A stretch of DNA of 64,000 bases from an uncultured Gammaproteobacteria bacterium (GTDB lineage Bacteria > Pseudomonadota > Gammaproteobacteria > UBA9214). The notes below the pieces were generated by a model. The model had not been told where the DNA came from. It saw only the letters and a program-made list of their open reading frames with translations, and did no database searches. Positions 30,018-40,571 of the stretch are shown here, one piece after another. Position numbers and translations under genes: made by a program. The stretch spans positions 1-64,000 of the forward strand of contig CAVYZN010000008.1 of assembly GCA_963773065.1 (NCBI GenBank). The letters run 5' to 3'. Every line of letters starts with the position of its first letter. Position 1 is the first letter of the stretch.

Positions 30018-30122
30018 GCTGGTGCCGCGAGCGGCTGCAAAGCCCAAGTCCGTAAACACGTACTTACCGCTAATGGCAGGAAAGTGTGGCGGACTGTTAG
30101 CTTTGGGTCTGTTCGTTCCCTC

Positions 30123-31992
30123 TCACCCTGGTTTACCCGCCGGGGCGCTCCACAGCACCGCCACCCCGATCACGGACGACAGCACCGAGGCGGCGAATAC
30201 CGCGATCTTGGCGACGGCGAAATCGCCGGCGACCGGAAACGCCTGTCCGGCGATGAAGAGCGACATCGTGAATCCAATGCCGGCCAATGCGCCGGCGCCG
30301 GCGAGTTGTCGCCACGAATACGCGCCGGGTTTTTGCGCGAGACCCAGGCGGACGGCCAGGGCGGAGGCGAGGATAAATCCCAGCGGCTTACCGATGGCCA
30401 GGCCCGCCATGATCGCGAGCACGAGCATGCCGTGTCGGCTGAATACGTCGGTGGTTACGGCGACACCGGCATTCGCCAGGGCGAAGATCGGCAATACCAG
30501 ATAGCTCGATCGGGGAGCGACGTTGCGCAGCAGGCGGTCCGCCGGGGATTCCAGACGATCATGGATGGCGTCCAATGCCTGCAGCGCCGGCGCAGAAGGC
30601 CCGCGGCGGAACTGCTCTCCGCTATGATGCGCTTCCGCCGTCAGAATCGAGTCGGCCTGCATCGCGAGCGTCTTGAAGTCCGGCGGCGGGCGTGTCGGTA
30701 TGAGGGCGGCCAGGACGACGCCGGCCAGGGTGGCGTGCAGGCCGCCGGCATAATCGCAGGCCCACAGCGCAACACCCGCCAGGAGGTAGGGCGTCACGCG
30801 ATAAATACCGGAGCGGTTCAGCAGCGCCAGCACCGCGGTGATCGCCACCGCGGCGGTGAGATACCCGAAATGCAACTCGCCGGAATAAAACACCGCCACG
30901 ACGATGATGGCGCCGATGTCGTCGACGATGGCGGCCGCGGTCAGAAAGATGCGCAGCTCGACCGGCACGCGCGCTCCCATCATCGCGATCAGGGCCACCG
31001 CGAAGGCGGTGTCGGTCGCCATCGGCACGCCCCAGCCGATCGACCACGGTCCCGGCGGAATGATGAACAGATAGAGGAGCGCCGGCAGCGCCATGCCGCC
31101 GATCGCCGCGGCAATCGGCAACGCCGCCGCGCGCCGGCTGGCCAGATGACCGACCGTGAATTCGCGCTTGATCTCGAGCCCCACCACGAGAAAGAAGATC
31201 GTCAAGAACGCATCATTGACCCAATGCAGCAACGACATCCGGAAACCGGAACCGCCGAACGCGAAACCGAGATCGGTGTGCCAGAAGGTCTCGAAGCCGG
31301 CGCCTAGCCTTGAATTGGTGAGCGCGACGGCCAGGATCGAGGCCAGCAGCAGCAACACCCCGGCCGAGGGAGCCCAGCTCGCGAAGGTCAGGGCCGCCGT
31401 GCGCACCCGATGCCCGAGCGAGCCGAGCATCGCATCGGTGAAGGAGCTTTCATCCCAGGGCCCATCGTAACGGCGCCCGTTGATGAAAAAGGTCGGCGTG
31501 AAGCGCACGCCGCTGGCGCGCGCGCTGTCGATATCGAGTTCCACCCGCTTCCTGGCCCGCTCGGCGATCTCACGCGCGGCTTCGGCATCCAGCCGCGTCA
31601 GGCCGAGTGACTCCGCGACGGCGCGCAGATCGTCCTCGGTCAGCGTATTCCGAGCGCGTCATCAGCGCGACATGCGCGTCCCAGAATTGTTCGTGATTCG
31701 CGGCGGATTCCGCGAGCTCGGCCGCTGGCCGCGCAATGTCGCTGCCGATCAGCGGCCGGTGCCGGAACACATAGCGCAGGCGATCGCCAAGCTGACCGCG
31801 GACCTCCGTGATGCGCTCGTTGGCCGCGCGGCAGTGCGGACAGGCATAACTGCCGTATTCCACCAGGGTGATCGAAGCATTCATCGGTCCGAGTATATGA
31901 TCCCGGACGCCGTCAACCGGACGGTCGAGACGACTGGTCGCTGCCGCGGGCGCAGGAATCTCGGTAAATTCGTCACCTAGTTGAGTGTTCAT
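30123..31992 (-). CDS. nhaA: Na+/H+ antiporter NhaA with an N-terminal DsbA/thioredoxin-like domain; frameshift near 31645
   Basis: N-part [18 protein letters not shown] and [12 protein letters not shown]. NhaA motifs [38 protein letters not shown] and [10 protein letters not shown]. Confidence 0.85.
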
Positions 31993-31997
31993 TGTGG

Positions 31998-32082
31998 TCA
32001 ATGGGGTCAGACTCGATTGATCTCTGGTCATTCATCGATATTAACGGAAACCTGAGAGATCAATCGAGTCTGACCCCATTGA
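31998..32082. repeat. Perfect 28-bp inverted repeat with a 29-bp spacer (REP/REPIN-like)
   Basis: TCAATGGGGTCAGACTCGATTGATCTCT (31998-32025) and AGAGATCAATCGAGTCTGACCCCATTGA (32055-32082). Confidence 0.9.
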
Positions 32083-32086
32083 AACC

Positions 32087-32359
32087 TCAGTATTCCGCAA
32101 AGGCATCGTCCGGATAGCAGTAAAGCCAGTGCTCTCCGGGCTCCGCCGAGGCGATCACGGGATGCCCGCTCACCTGCGCGTGCCGGGTGGCGTGACGGTT
32201 TGGCGAACTGTCACAACACAGCGTCGCGCCGCACGTCTGGCAGGTACGCAGATGGACCCAGTTGTCGCCGATCTTGACGCACTCCTCGCACTCATGGCGT
32301 TTCTCGTGTTTGACGGTCCTGATGGCGCTGAGGTGAACGCAGGATGATTTGGATGTCAT
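32087..32359 (-). CDS. UBP-type zinc-finger protein
   Basis: CVHL..CEEC..WVHLRTCQTCGATLCCDSSPNRHATRH..HPVI.SAEPGE.W.YCY. Confidence 0.88.
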   Translation of the reverse strand: MTSKSSCVHLSAIRTVKHEKRHECEECVKIGDNWVHLRTCQTCGATLCCDSSPNRHATRHAQVSGHPVIASAEPGEHWLYCYPDDAFAEY

Positions 32360-32369
32360 GGTTCTTCCT

Positions 32370-34054
32370 TTATTCGTGGAGTACCTGGTGTACGAAGGAG
32401 ACCGTAATCGATCCCTCCCCGACCGCGGACGCCACCCGCTTGATATTTCCCGCCCGGACGTCGCCGGCCGCGAACACGCCGGGCACGCTCGTTTCGAGAA
32501 GGTGGGGAGAGCGGTTGAGCGGCCAATGCGCCGCGCTCAGTTCGTCCTGGGAAAGATCGGATCCCGTCTTGATGAATCCCTGCGCGTCGCGCGCGACACG
32601 CCCATCGAGCCACTGCGTGTTGGGAGCGGCGCCGGTCATCAGGAAGACGTGCCGGATGGCGTGGGTCTCGATGTTTCCGGTTTGATGGTCCCGCCAGCGC
32701 ACGCGTTCGAGATGGTTGCCGCCTTCGAGGGCCGCGATCTCCGTCTGCGTATCGCAAGACGATCGCAGGGTTTCCTTCGATGCGCCGGATCAGGTAGCGC
32801 GACATGCTCTCGGCCAGCCCGCCCGTGCGGACCAGCATGTGCACGCGCCTGGCCGTTTGCGCAAGAAAGACGGCGGCCTGGCCGGCCGAGTTTCCGCCTC
32901 CCACCACGATCACCTCTTCGCCGGCGCACAACTGCGCCTCCATGAACGTCGCGCCGTAGTATACGCCCGCGCCTTCGAACCGCGTCAGGTTCTCGATCGA
33001 CGGTTTGCGGTACTCGGCGCCCGTCGCGATGATGACGGTGCGCGCGGGCACGCGCGGGCCGCTCGCCGATTTCGACGGTGTAGGGTTTGCGCTCGCAGGT
33101 GAGCCGCGTGGCGCTTTGCGCGATGATCACCTGGGCTCCGAACTTCTGGGCCTGCGTGTACGCGCGGGCGGCGAGCGCCTGGCCCGATATGCCCGTCGGG
33201 AAACCGAGGTAGTTTTCGATTTTCGAGCTCGAACCGGCTTGTCCGCCCGGCGCGCTGGTCTCGATCACCAGGACGTCCAGTCCTTCCGAAGCGGCATAAA
33301 CGGCCGCCGCCAAGCCCGCGGGACCGGCGCCCACGATGACCACGTCGCGCATCTGTGCCGGGTCGATCACGGCGTTGAAGCCCAGGCACTCGGCGATCTG
33401 CTGATTGGTCGGGTTGCGCAGCACCACGTCGCCGCGACAGATCAGCACGGGCACGTCCGCGGTGGAGACGTGAAACCGGTCCAGCAGCTCCTGGACGTCG
33501 GCCTCATGGTCGAGGTCGATATAGGAGTAGGGATGGCCATTGCGCGTCAGGAACTCCTTGACGCGCAGCGTCCCCGAACAATGATTCGACCCGATGAGCA
33601 CGACATCACCGAAGCCGTGCGCGATCAACTCCACCCGGCGCAGGATGAAGGCGCGCAGGATGATTTCGCTCAACTCGCTGTCGGTCTGCACCAGCGTCAG
33701 CAAGTGCCCGTGATCCAGCTCGATCACCTCGCCCGACGCGCTGGCGCGCGCCAGGACGAGCGCGCGGCGGCCCGAGAGCATCTGCACCTCGCCGGTAAAC
33801 TGACCCGGGCCATGGACCGCGATGAGCGTCTCGGCGCCGCCGGATGGCTGGACGATCTCGACCTGGCCTGTCGCAACCACGAAGAACGGCACGTCCACGG
33901 CACCCGCCTCGAAGAGCACTTCACCAGCCTGGACCGCTCGCCGGCGACCCTGCGCCGCGATGCGTTCCATTTGCGCCGGCGTCAGCGTCGGAAACATCTG
34001 GCCGATGCGCGCGGTCAGGGTCAGGGGTTCTGGCGTAGCGATGGTATCGGTCAT
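32370..34054 (-). CDS. cNMP-binding-domain thioredoxin-reductase-like flavoprotein; frameshifts near 33055 and 32750
   Basis: cNMP domain (HGPGQFTGE), GAGPAGLAAAVY, GGQAGSSSKIENYLGFP, VVGGGNSAGQAA, TSVPGVFAAGDVR and KRVASAVGEG, spread over three frames. Confidence 0.85.
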
Positions 34055-34246
34055 GGCGATGCGTCCATCATCAATCGGTACGGTTGCGTGAGCTCAACCA
34101 ATTAGGCTGCTTTATGAGCAGTTTAGACCAAAATCGTCATTGCCGATGGCTGCAACGCGGAAGCCAGCCAATGACGCAGAAATCGACAGGAGCCGAAAAA
34201 GAAGATCACGGGTTTCAGCAATGGACAATTTGTGAGGGAGCATCGT

Positions 34247-35611
34247 TTAATCTTCCCAACCACCGCCAAGCGCCTTGTACAGCGCGATCAGGTCCTGGCT
34301 CAGGCTGGAATCGCTCTGGACGAAGGCGGTCTCGGAGAGGTACAGCGAGCCTTGGGACTGAAGCACATTCAGGAAATCAGTTTGGCCCTCGGTATACAGC
34401 TGCGTCGCGAGTTGGACGGCCTTGCGGTTGGCAACGACGGCGTCGTTGAGCGACTTGTGGTGTTCCCATTCCTTCGCGTAGGCGATGAGCGCATTCTCCA
34501 CGTCCTGCAACGCGGCGAGCACGGTCTTCTGGTAGGTGATATAGGCCTGATCGCGGAGCGCTTCCTGTACATGGACGTTGGCGACGATGCTGCCACCCTG
34601 GAAAATCGGCCAGTTCACCGACGGACCAAACGACCAGGAACGATCAGCGCCGCTGGACAGCCTGTCAGCTTGCCAGCTCAGCGAGCCGGTCAGCGAGAAC
34701 TTCGGGAAGAGGTCGGCGACGGCGACGCCAATCTGCGCGGTGGCGGCGTGGAGCTGGGCTTCCGCCTGGCGGATATCCGGCCGGCGGCGCAACAGTTCCG
34801 AGGGCAGTCCGGCCGGCACCTCCGGAGGCGTCACCGGCAGCGGTCCGGTTACGGCAAGCTCGTTCAGCAAGTCGGCGGGCGGGCGCGCCAGCAGGACGCT
34901 CAACGCGTAGATGGATTGCCGGGCGGAGGTTTGCAGCGACGGGATGACCGACTCGGTGGTGGCGACTTGCGCATCGGCGTTGGCCACGTCGAGGCCGCTG
35001 ACGAAACCGGCATTGAATCGCTGCCGGGTGATGTCGGCGGTGTGCCGCTGCGCCCGCAGGTTTTCCTGCGAAATCACAATCTGCTGCTGAGAGCCGCGCA
35101 GTTGCACGTAATTCAGCGCCACCTCGGCAGCGAGGCTGACCTGCACGTCACGCAGCCCTTCCTGCGCGGCGAGAATGTTCGCCTCGGTCGACTCGACGTT
35201 GCGGCGGGTGCCGCCGAAGATGTCCGCCTCCCACAGCGCGTCGAGGCCGGTCTGAAACAGATTCTGCTCGCCCGCCTGCCCTTGCCGGGAGTGGGAGCGC
35301 TGGTAGCCGGCTGAGGCATCGACCGTCGGCCAGAGACCGCCGGCGATGACGCCGCGCGTGAATCGGGCCTCACGCAACCGCGCTTCGGCGAACTGGACAT
35401 CGAGGTTCGCCTTGATCGCCTCGTCCACCAGCGCGGTCAGCTTCGAGTCGTTGAACTGCTGCCACCACGCGCCCAGTTCGACCGGCGCACTGGTGACCGA
35501 TGATCCCGCCCAGCCGCCGGGCATCACCGTTTGCGGGGGCTGGTAGTTCGGGCCGACGGCGCAACCGGCCAGCAGCGCGACCGACGCGAGCCACGGGGCG
35601 ATGCTATTCAT
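34247..35611 (-). CDS. Outer-membrane efflux lipoprotein (NodT/OprM family)
   Basis: Lipobox LAGC; WEADIFG, PSELLRRRPDI and LYKALGGGW motifs. Confidence 0.92.
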   Translation of the reverse strand: MNSIAPWLASVALLAGCAVGPNYQPPQTVMPGGWAGSSVTSAPVELGAWWQQFNDSKLTALVDEAIKANLDVQFAEARLREARFTRGVIAGGLWPTVDASAGYQRSHSRQGQAGEQNLFQTGLDALWEADIFGGTRRNVESTEANILAAQEGLRDVQVSLAAEVALNYVQLRGSQQQIVISQENLRAQRHTADITRQRFNAGFVSGLDVANADAQVATTESVIPSLQTSARQSIYALSVLLARPPADLLNELAVTGPLPVTPPEVPAGLPSELLRRRPDIRQAEAQLHAATAQIGVAVADLFPKFSLTGSLSWQADRLSSGADRSWSFGPSVNWPIFQGGSIVANVHVQEALRDQAYITYQKTVLAALQDVENALIAYAKEWEHHKSLNDAVVANRKAVQLATQLYTEGQTDFLNVLQSQGSLYLSETAFVQSDSSLSQDLIALYKALGGGWED

Positions 35612-37712
35612 ACCGCAGCGCCTCGATCGGATCCAGACGAGAGGCTTTCCAGGCCGGGTAATAACCGAAGACAATACCGACGGTCGCCGAGACCAGCACC
35701 GCCGCCACGATGGCGCCGATGGAGATGACGGTCGGCCAGTTCAACACCAGTTGCACCAGAAACGAACTGCCGCGGCCGACCAGAATGCCCATCGCGCCGC
35801 CAATCAGGCACAGCACGACAGCCTCGGCGAGAAATTGCCGGAGGATATCGCCCGGTTTCGCGCCGACCGCCATGCGCAAGCCGATCTCGCGCGTGCGTTC
35901 GGTGACCGAGACAAGCATGATGTTCATGATGCCCACGCCCCCGACCACCAGCGAGATCATGGCCACCGCCAGCAGCAGCTTGGTCATCAAGTCGGTCGTG
36001 GAAGACATCGCCTTGGTCATTTCGGTCATGTCCCGAATCGAGAAATCATCCGGTTCACCCGGGTGGATGTGGTGCCGTTCGTGCAGCAGGGTGACGATCT
36101 GTTGAATGGCCATCGGAATCTGGCTGCCGGAGCGCGCCGCGACGATGATCTGGTCCACGCTCGTGAAGCGCACCGGCAGCGGCGTATCGGCCTGCTGGGT
36201 GGCCGAGGGCGTCGGGTAGGGGCTTGCCTTGCCGGGATAAATCTGGCTGAGCGTGTTGACCGCGGTCGAAGCGGTGTTGGCGGTGGCGGCGCTCTGGTTG
36301 ACGTTCTCCACCGAGGAGCCGGCGACGCGGTACTTGATCGTCGTCCACGGCGCGAGCACGACGTCGTCCTGGTCCATGCCCATCATGTTCGCGCCCTTGC
36401 GCTGGAGGACGCCGATGACCTTGAAAGCCACGTTCTGGATGCGCAGCTCCTGACCCACCGGCGACTGGCCGCCGAAGAGTTCGCGAACGATGGTCTGGCC
36501 GACGAGGCAGACCTTGCTGGCGTTGCGCACATCGCGATCGGTGAATGTGTCACCCTCCGCCAGGTCCGTCCAGTCGCGCACCTGCAAGTAGTCCGGCGTC
36601 GTGCCGTAGATGAACAATGGCACCCAGTTCCGGTTACCGTAAACGACTTGTGTGCGCACGCGCTCGACCGGTGCCACGCTGGCGACGGCGGGACATTCTT
36701 TTCCGATGGCCCTGGCATCCTCGGGCGTGAGCGTTTTCACGCTGCCGGCACCGAAACTGACGCCGCCGCTGGCGGCGGTGCCGGGCATGATGATCAAGTT
36801 GTTGGCGCCCATGCTGGCGATGGTGCGCTGGATCGCGGCGGAAGAACCGTTGCCGATCTCCATCATCGCAATCACCGCCGCGACGCCGATGACGATGCCC
36901 AGGGTCGTCAGCGCCGCCCGCATGATGTTGCGGCGCAGAGCGCGCAACGCCAGCTTCAAGGTGCGGAGTGATTTCATGTCGGGGCTCCGGCCGGTGCCGC
37001 CGCGCTTCCGTCCAGCGCCCGCGGGAGCGGTCGCGCCGTCTTCGATGAGTCCATCCTTGATACGGATGATCCGTTGCGCGTGTCGCGCCACCTCCGGATC
37101 GTGTGTCACGAGGATGACCGTGAGGCCCTCGCGCAGGTTGAGGTCCTGGAACATCCGGAGGATTTCCTCGCTGGTTCGGGAATCGAGGTTGCCGGTGGGC
37201 TCGTCGGCGAGCAGGATTTGCGGAGTATTCACCAGCGAACGCGCGATGGCCACGCGTTGCTGCTGGCCGCCGGACAACTGCGACGGCTGATGGTCCATCC
37301 GGTCCGCCAGCCCGACCCGCTTGAGCAATCCGGTGGCCCGTTCTTTCATCTGTCGGTCCGTGAGTGGCTCCGCGGCGTAGGACAAAGGCATCATCACGTT
37401 TTCCAGGGCGCTGGTGCGTGCCAGGAGGTTGAAACTCTGGAAGACGAAGCCGATCGTCCGATTGCGCACCCGCGCCCGTTCCGTCGCCGACAAACCGGAG
37501 ATTTCCCGGCTGTCCAGCCAGTACTGGCCCGAGCTCGGGTGATCCAGACAGCCCAGCAGATGCATCAACGTACTCTTGCCGGAACCGCTGGCACCCATCA
37601 ACGCCACCAGCTCACCCCGGGCGACACGCAGGGAAATGCCCTTCAACACCGGCAGATCCACTTCGCCCAGGTGGTAGGTCTTGCAAATGTCTCGCAGTTC
37701 AATCAACTCCAT
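35604..37712 (-). CDS. macB: MacB-type ABC transporter (ATPase plus FtsX-like permease)
   Basis: GASGSGKS, LSGGQQQRVAIAR, ADEPTGNLD, GGVGIMNIMLVSVTERTREIGLR and PAWKASRLDPIEALRYE. The permease may have its own start near 36977. Confidence 0.88.
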   Translation of the reverse strand: MELIELRDICKTYHLGEVDLPVLKGISLRVARGELVALMGASGSGKSTLMHLLGCLDHPSSGQYWLDSREISGLSATERARVRNRTIGFVFQSFNLLARTSALENVMMPLSYAAEPLTDRQMKERATGLLKRVGLADRMDHQPSQLSGGQQQRVAIARSLVNTPQILLADEPTGNLDSRTSEEILRMFQDLNLREGLTVILVTHDPEVARHAQRIIRIKDGLIEDGATAPAGAGRKRGGTGRSPDMKSLRTLKLALRALRRNIMRAALTTLGIVIGVAAVIAMMEIGNGSSAAIQRTIASMGANNLIIMPGTAASGGVSFGAGSVKTLTPEDARAIGKECPAVASVAPVERVRTQVVYGNRNWVPLFIYGTTPDYLQVRDWTDLAEGDTFTDRDVRNASKVCLVGQTIVRELFGGQSPVGQELRIQNVAFKVIGVLQRKGANMMGMDQDDVVLAPWTTIKYRVAGSSVENVNQSAATANTASTAVNTLSQIYPGKASPYPTPSATQQADTPLPVRFTSVDQIIVAARSGSQIPMAIQQIVTLLHERHHIHPGEPDDFSIRDMTEMTKAMSSTTDLMTKLLLAVAMISLVVGGVGIMNIMLVSVTERTREIGLRMAVGAKPGDILRQFLAEAVVLCLIGGAMGILVGRGSSFLVQLVLNWPTVISIGAIVAAVLVSATVGIVFGYYPAWKASRLDPIEALRYE

Positions 37713-37736
37713 GATCGAACTCCGTGTGTTTCCTAT

Positions 37737-39096
37737 TCAGGGCGCGCCTCCCGACCGGCCGCCGCCCGCCGCCACACCCTGGGCCGCATTGCCGCGGGCG
37801 CGGCCGAGTTGCGGCGTAAACGGACTGGCCCCGCCGCCGGCATCGGCGCTGGCCTGGGACGATTGCTCACCGACCACCACGTTCATCGCTTCTGACAAAT
37901 CGGCGCCCGCCACTTCGGTCAGTGTGCCATCCGTCAATCCGGTTTTGACCTTGAGCGGTCGCACAAAGTTGCCCTGCGCCACCCAGAGGGTCCGCTGCGT
38001 TTCGGCAGGACCGGCCGGCGCGGTGCCGGATACCGAACCGTCGTTTTCGCGCACTGCCAGTGGCCTCGGCCGCCTGGCGAAATTCCGGCGCGATGTCATT
38101 GGCTTGAGGCTCCCAGCGCAGCGCCGCGTTGGGCACGGCAAGCACATTCTCGCGGCGGCCGCTGATGAACTGCACATTGGCCGTCAGGTACGGGAGGAGC
38201 TTGCCGTCAGCGTTGTCCGTGTTCACCACCACCGTGTACGTGACGACGTTCTGGGTCATGCTGGCGTTCAGGCGGACCTTGCCGACCTGGCCGTGGAAAT
38301 CCTGGCCTGGAAATGCGTCCACGGTGAACGTGACGTCCTGGCCGGGATGGATGTTGCCGATGTCGGCTTCGTTCACCGAAACCCAGACCTGGATGCGCTT
38401 GAGGTCTTTGGCGATCAGGAACAGACTCGGCGCGTTCAGGCTGGAGACGACGGTCTGGCCGATATTGACGCGCCGGTCGATGATCACGCCCTTGACCGGC
38501 GACTTGATGGTGCAGTAGCCGAGATTGCGTCGCGCCCGATTCAACGCCGCCTGGGTCTGGGCCACTGCCGCCTGTGAGACGCCCAGATTGGCCTTGGCGA
38601 CCTCGAAATTGGCCTTGTATTGATCATACGCGCTCGGCGCCAGCGCTTCGGAGGGGCCGAGTTTTTGCGCGCGTTCCCAATCCTGACGGGCCTGGTTCAA
38701 CTTGGCCTGCGACTGGACCACGTTGGCCTCGGCGCTGTTCAGGTTGGCCTGGGCCTGCTGAACGTCAGCGGCGTACAAGGAATCGTCAATCTGCGCCAGC
38801 ACCGTCCCTTCATCGACGACCGAGCCGTAATCGACCGGCTTGCCGTTGACGTCCGTGCCGAATTCGTTGATTTGCCCGGCCACCTGCGCGCCGACGTCCA
38901 CGACTTCCTCCGGCTCCACCGTGCCGGTCGCGCCGATCGTGGCCAGCAGGTCGGCGCGCTTCACCGGGACCGTACGAAGTTTCGTGACCGGTTCACGTTC
39001 GCCGTACAGGTGCCACGCGCCCAGCCCGCCGAGCAGGGCCGCCACACCGATTGCAATCACCGTAAACCGAGATGTTCGTCGCATGTTTGTCTCCAT
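37737..39096 (-). CDS. MacA-like periplasmic adaptor; frameshift near 38070
   Basis: VDVGAQVAGQI, IKSPVKGVII and VNEADIG motifs. The C-terminal VKTGLTDG..TEV is in the second frame. Confidence 0.85.
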
Positions 39097-39633
39097 CGTT
39101 CACACCCTGGCCGGTTCCCCGTCTGTGATACCGGCGCTGTGTCGGATACAGGGAGCATATAGAAACTACCTGGAAAACGGCTATAGCGGGTTCATTCATG
39201 GGGAATCCCGTCAGCGGCTGGCGAAAGTGCATCGCCCGGTCACCGTTAATACCGGCAGTCGTGGGGGTTGCCGTCCATGTCTGGCTGACGGTTTCGCAGC
39301 GCTTCCTCGGGTATAACGGATACGCCGACTGCACGATTTACCATGGACCGGCGCTGCTGGCGCTCGTCGCCCTGCCGGCCGGCATTGCGGTGGGGGATCT
39401 GATCGACGGGGTGATGCATCGCTAACCGAAAGGAATCCCCCGCCCGTTGCTATCCCGGTCATGGGGTGGTCGGGGATGAGATCCGATTATATGCCTCTTG
39501 GGGGCAGTGCCACCTGGCGTCCGCAAAGGGGTGAACTCAGTTGGACTCCGCCTGGGCCGTGCCGTAGCGCCAGGAGCCATCAGGTTGCAGCCAGGCCGTG
39601 CCGTAACCGTCCACCTGTTTACCGCCGACCATC

Positions 39634-40566
39634 GGCAACGGGGTCAGGTCTTGCATTGCAACATCATTCCTTCGTTTCATGCTCGATCGCCCGCACAGAT
39701 CGACTCACCGTCGAGTAATGCACGCCGAAATGCCGGGCAATCTCTGCCATCGTATACTGCCCGGACAAATAGGCGCGCGCCAGCGCTTCGTTGCGAGGAT
39801 AGCGTTTCCCGAACACCTCCAGCGGCAGGCTCAAAGGCCGGCGCTGTACCCGCGGGATTTCACCCACAGCAGGCTTTTGCTCTATCTGCGCCTGCATTTT
39901 CTTGACGAAGGCTTCCGAGCCCAGATAAATCTGCCCCTGCAATTGCGACCAAACACTCGGGAGCCGGGCGCCTTCATGGACGAAGCCCACATACTTGGCG
40001 ATAGCGCTGCCGCGCCGCTGACCAAACTGCGCCAATAGCCAGTCCGTCTGCAGCCATTGGGGCGATAGCGTTTGCCCGCAGGTCGCCAGATAGCTGCTCC
40101 ACGGCCAGGCTTCCAGTCGCTTCACCCTCTTTGCCCGCAGCGGGTTGAGAACGATGTAGCGCGCCAATTCCAGAAGATAGCTGTCGCGCTCGACCAGGAT
40201 CGCCTGGTAGCGCCCCTGAAATACATGCCCCACCCGTGAGTGGGCGCGGTTGAAGCGCTGGGTATACACCCCGTTGAGCTGGCGCATCCCCTGCGCCAGA
40301 TTCGCCCCCGGCGTTTCAATCAGGATGTGGTAGTGATTGGTCATCTGGCACCAGGAATGACATATCCAGTTGAAGCGTTCGCAGACTTGTCCGAACACGT
40401 TCAGCCACACCGCCCTGTCAGCGTCGGACAAATAAATAGCCTCGCTCCCATCGCCCCGCGAGGTGACGTGGTAAATCCCGCCGGAGAGTTCCAGCCTTAA
40501 AGGTCGCGCCATAGGACGCAAAATAGATGGGTAAATGCGTTAATGCAAGACCTGACCCCCGTTGCC
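39634..40566 (-). mobile_element. RAYT/Y1 transposase unit bounded by ~24-bp inverted repeats
   Basis: GGCAACGGGGTCAGGTCTTGCATT (39634-39657) and AATGCAAGACCTGACCCCCGTTGCC (40542-40566) flank the transposase gene. Confidence 0.8.
39664..40512 (-). CDS. REP-associated tyrosine transposase (HUH Y1) with C-terminal HTH
   Basis: MARPLR..YHVTSRG, CQMTNHYHIL, GHVFQGRY, YIVLNP, WPWSSY and IARHFGVHYSTVSR. Confidence 0.9.
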   Translation of the reverse strand: MARPLRLELSGGIYHVTSRGDGSEAIYLSDADRAVWLNVFGQVCERFNWICHSWCQMTNHYHILIETPGANLAQGMRQLNGVYTQRFNRAHSRVGHVFQGRYQAILVERDSYLLELARYIVLNPLRAKRVKRLEAWPWSSYLATCGQTLSPQWLQTDWLLAQFGQRRGSAIAKYVGFVHEGARLPSVWSQLQGQIYLGSEAFVKKMQAQIEQKPAVGEIPRVQRRPLSLPLEVFGKRYPRNEALARAYLSGQYTMAEIARHFGVHYSTVSRSVRAIEHETKE

Positions 40567-40571
40567 CCAAG

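Noticed and set aside
34247-39096. MacAB-OMF as the exporter for the biosynthetic cluster
   Set aside because: Separated by about 13 kb of unrelated modules, with no evidence of linkage.
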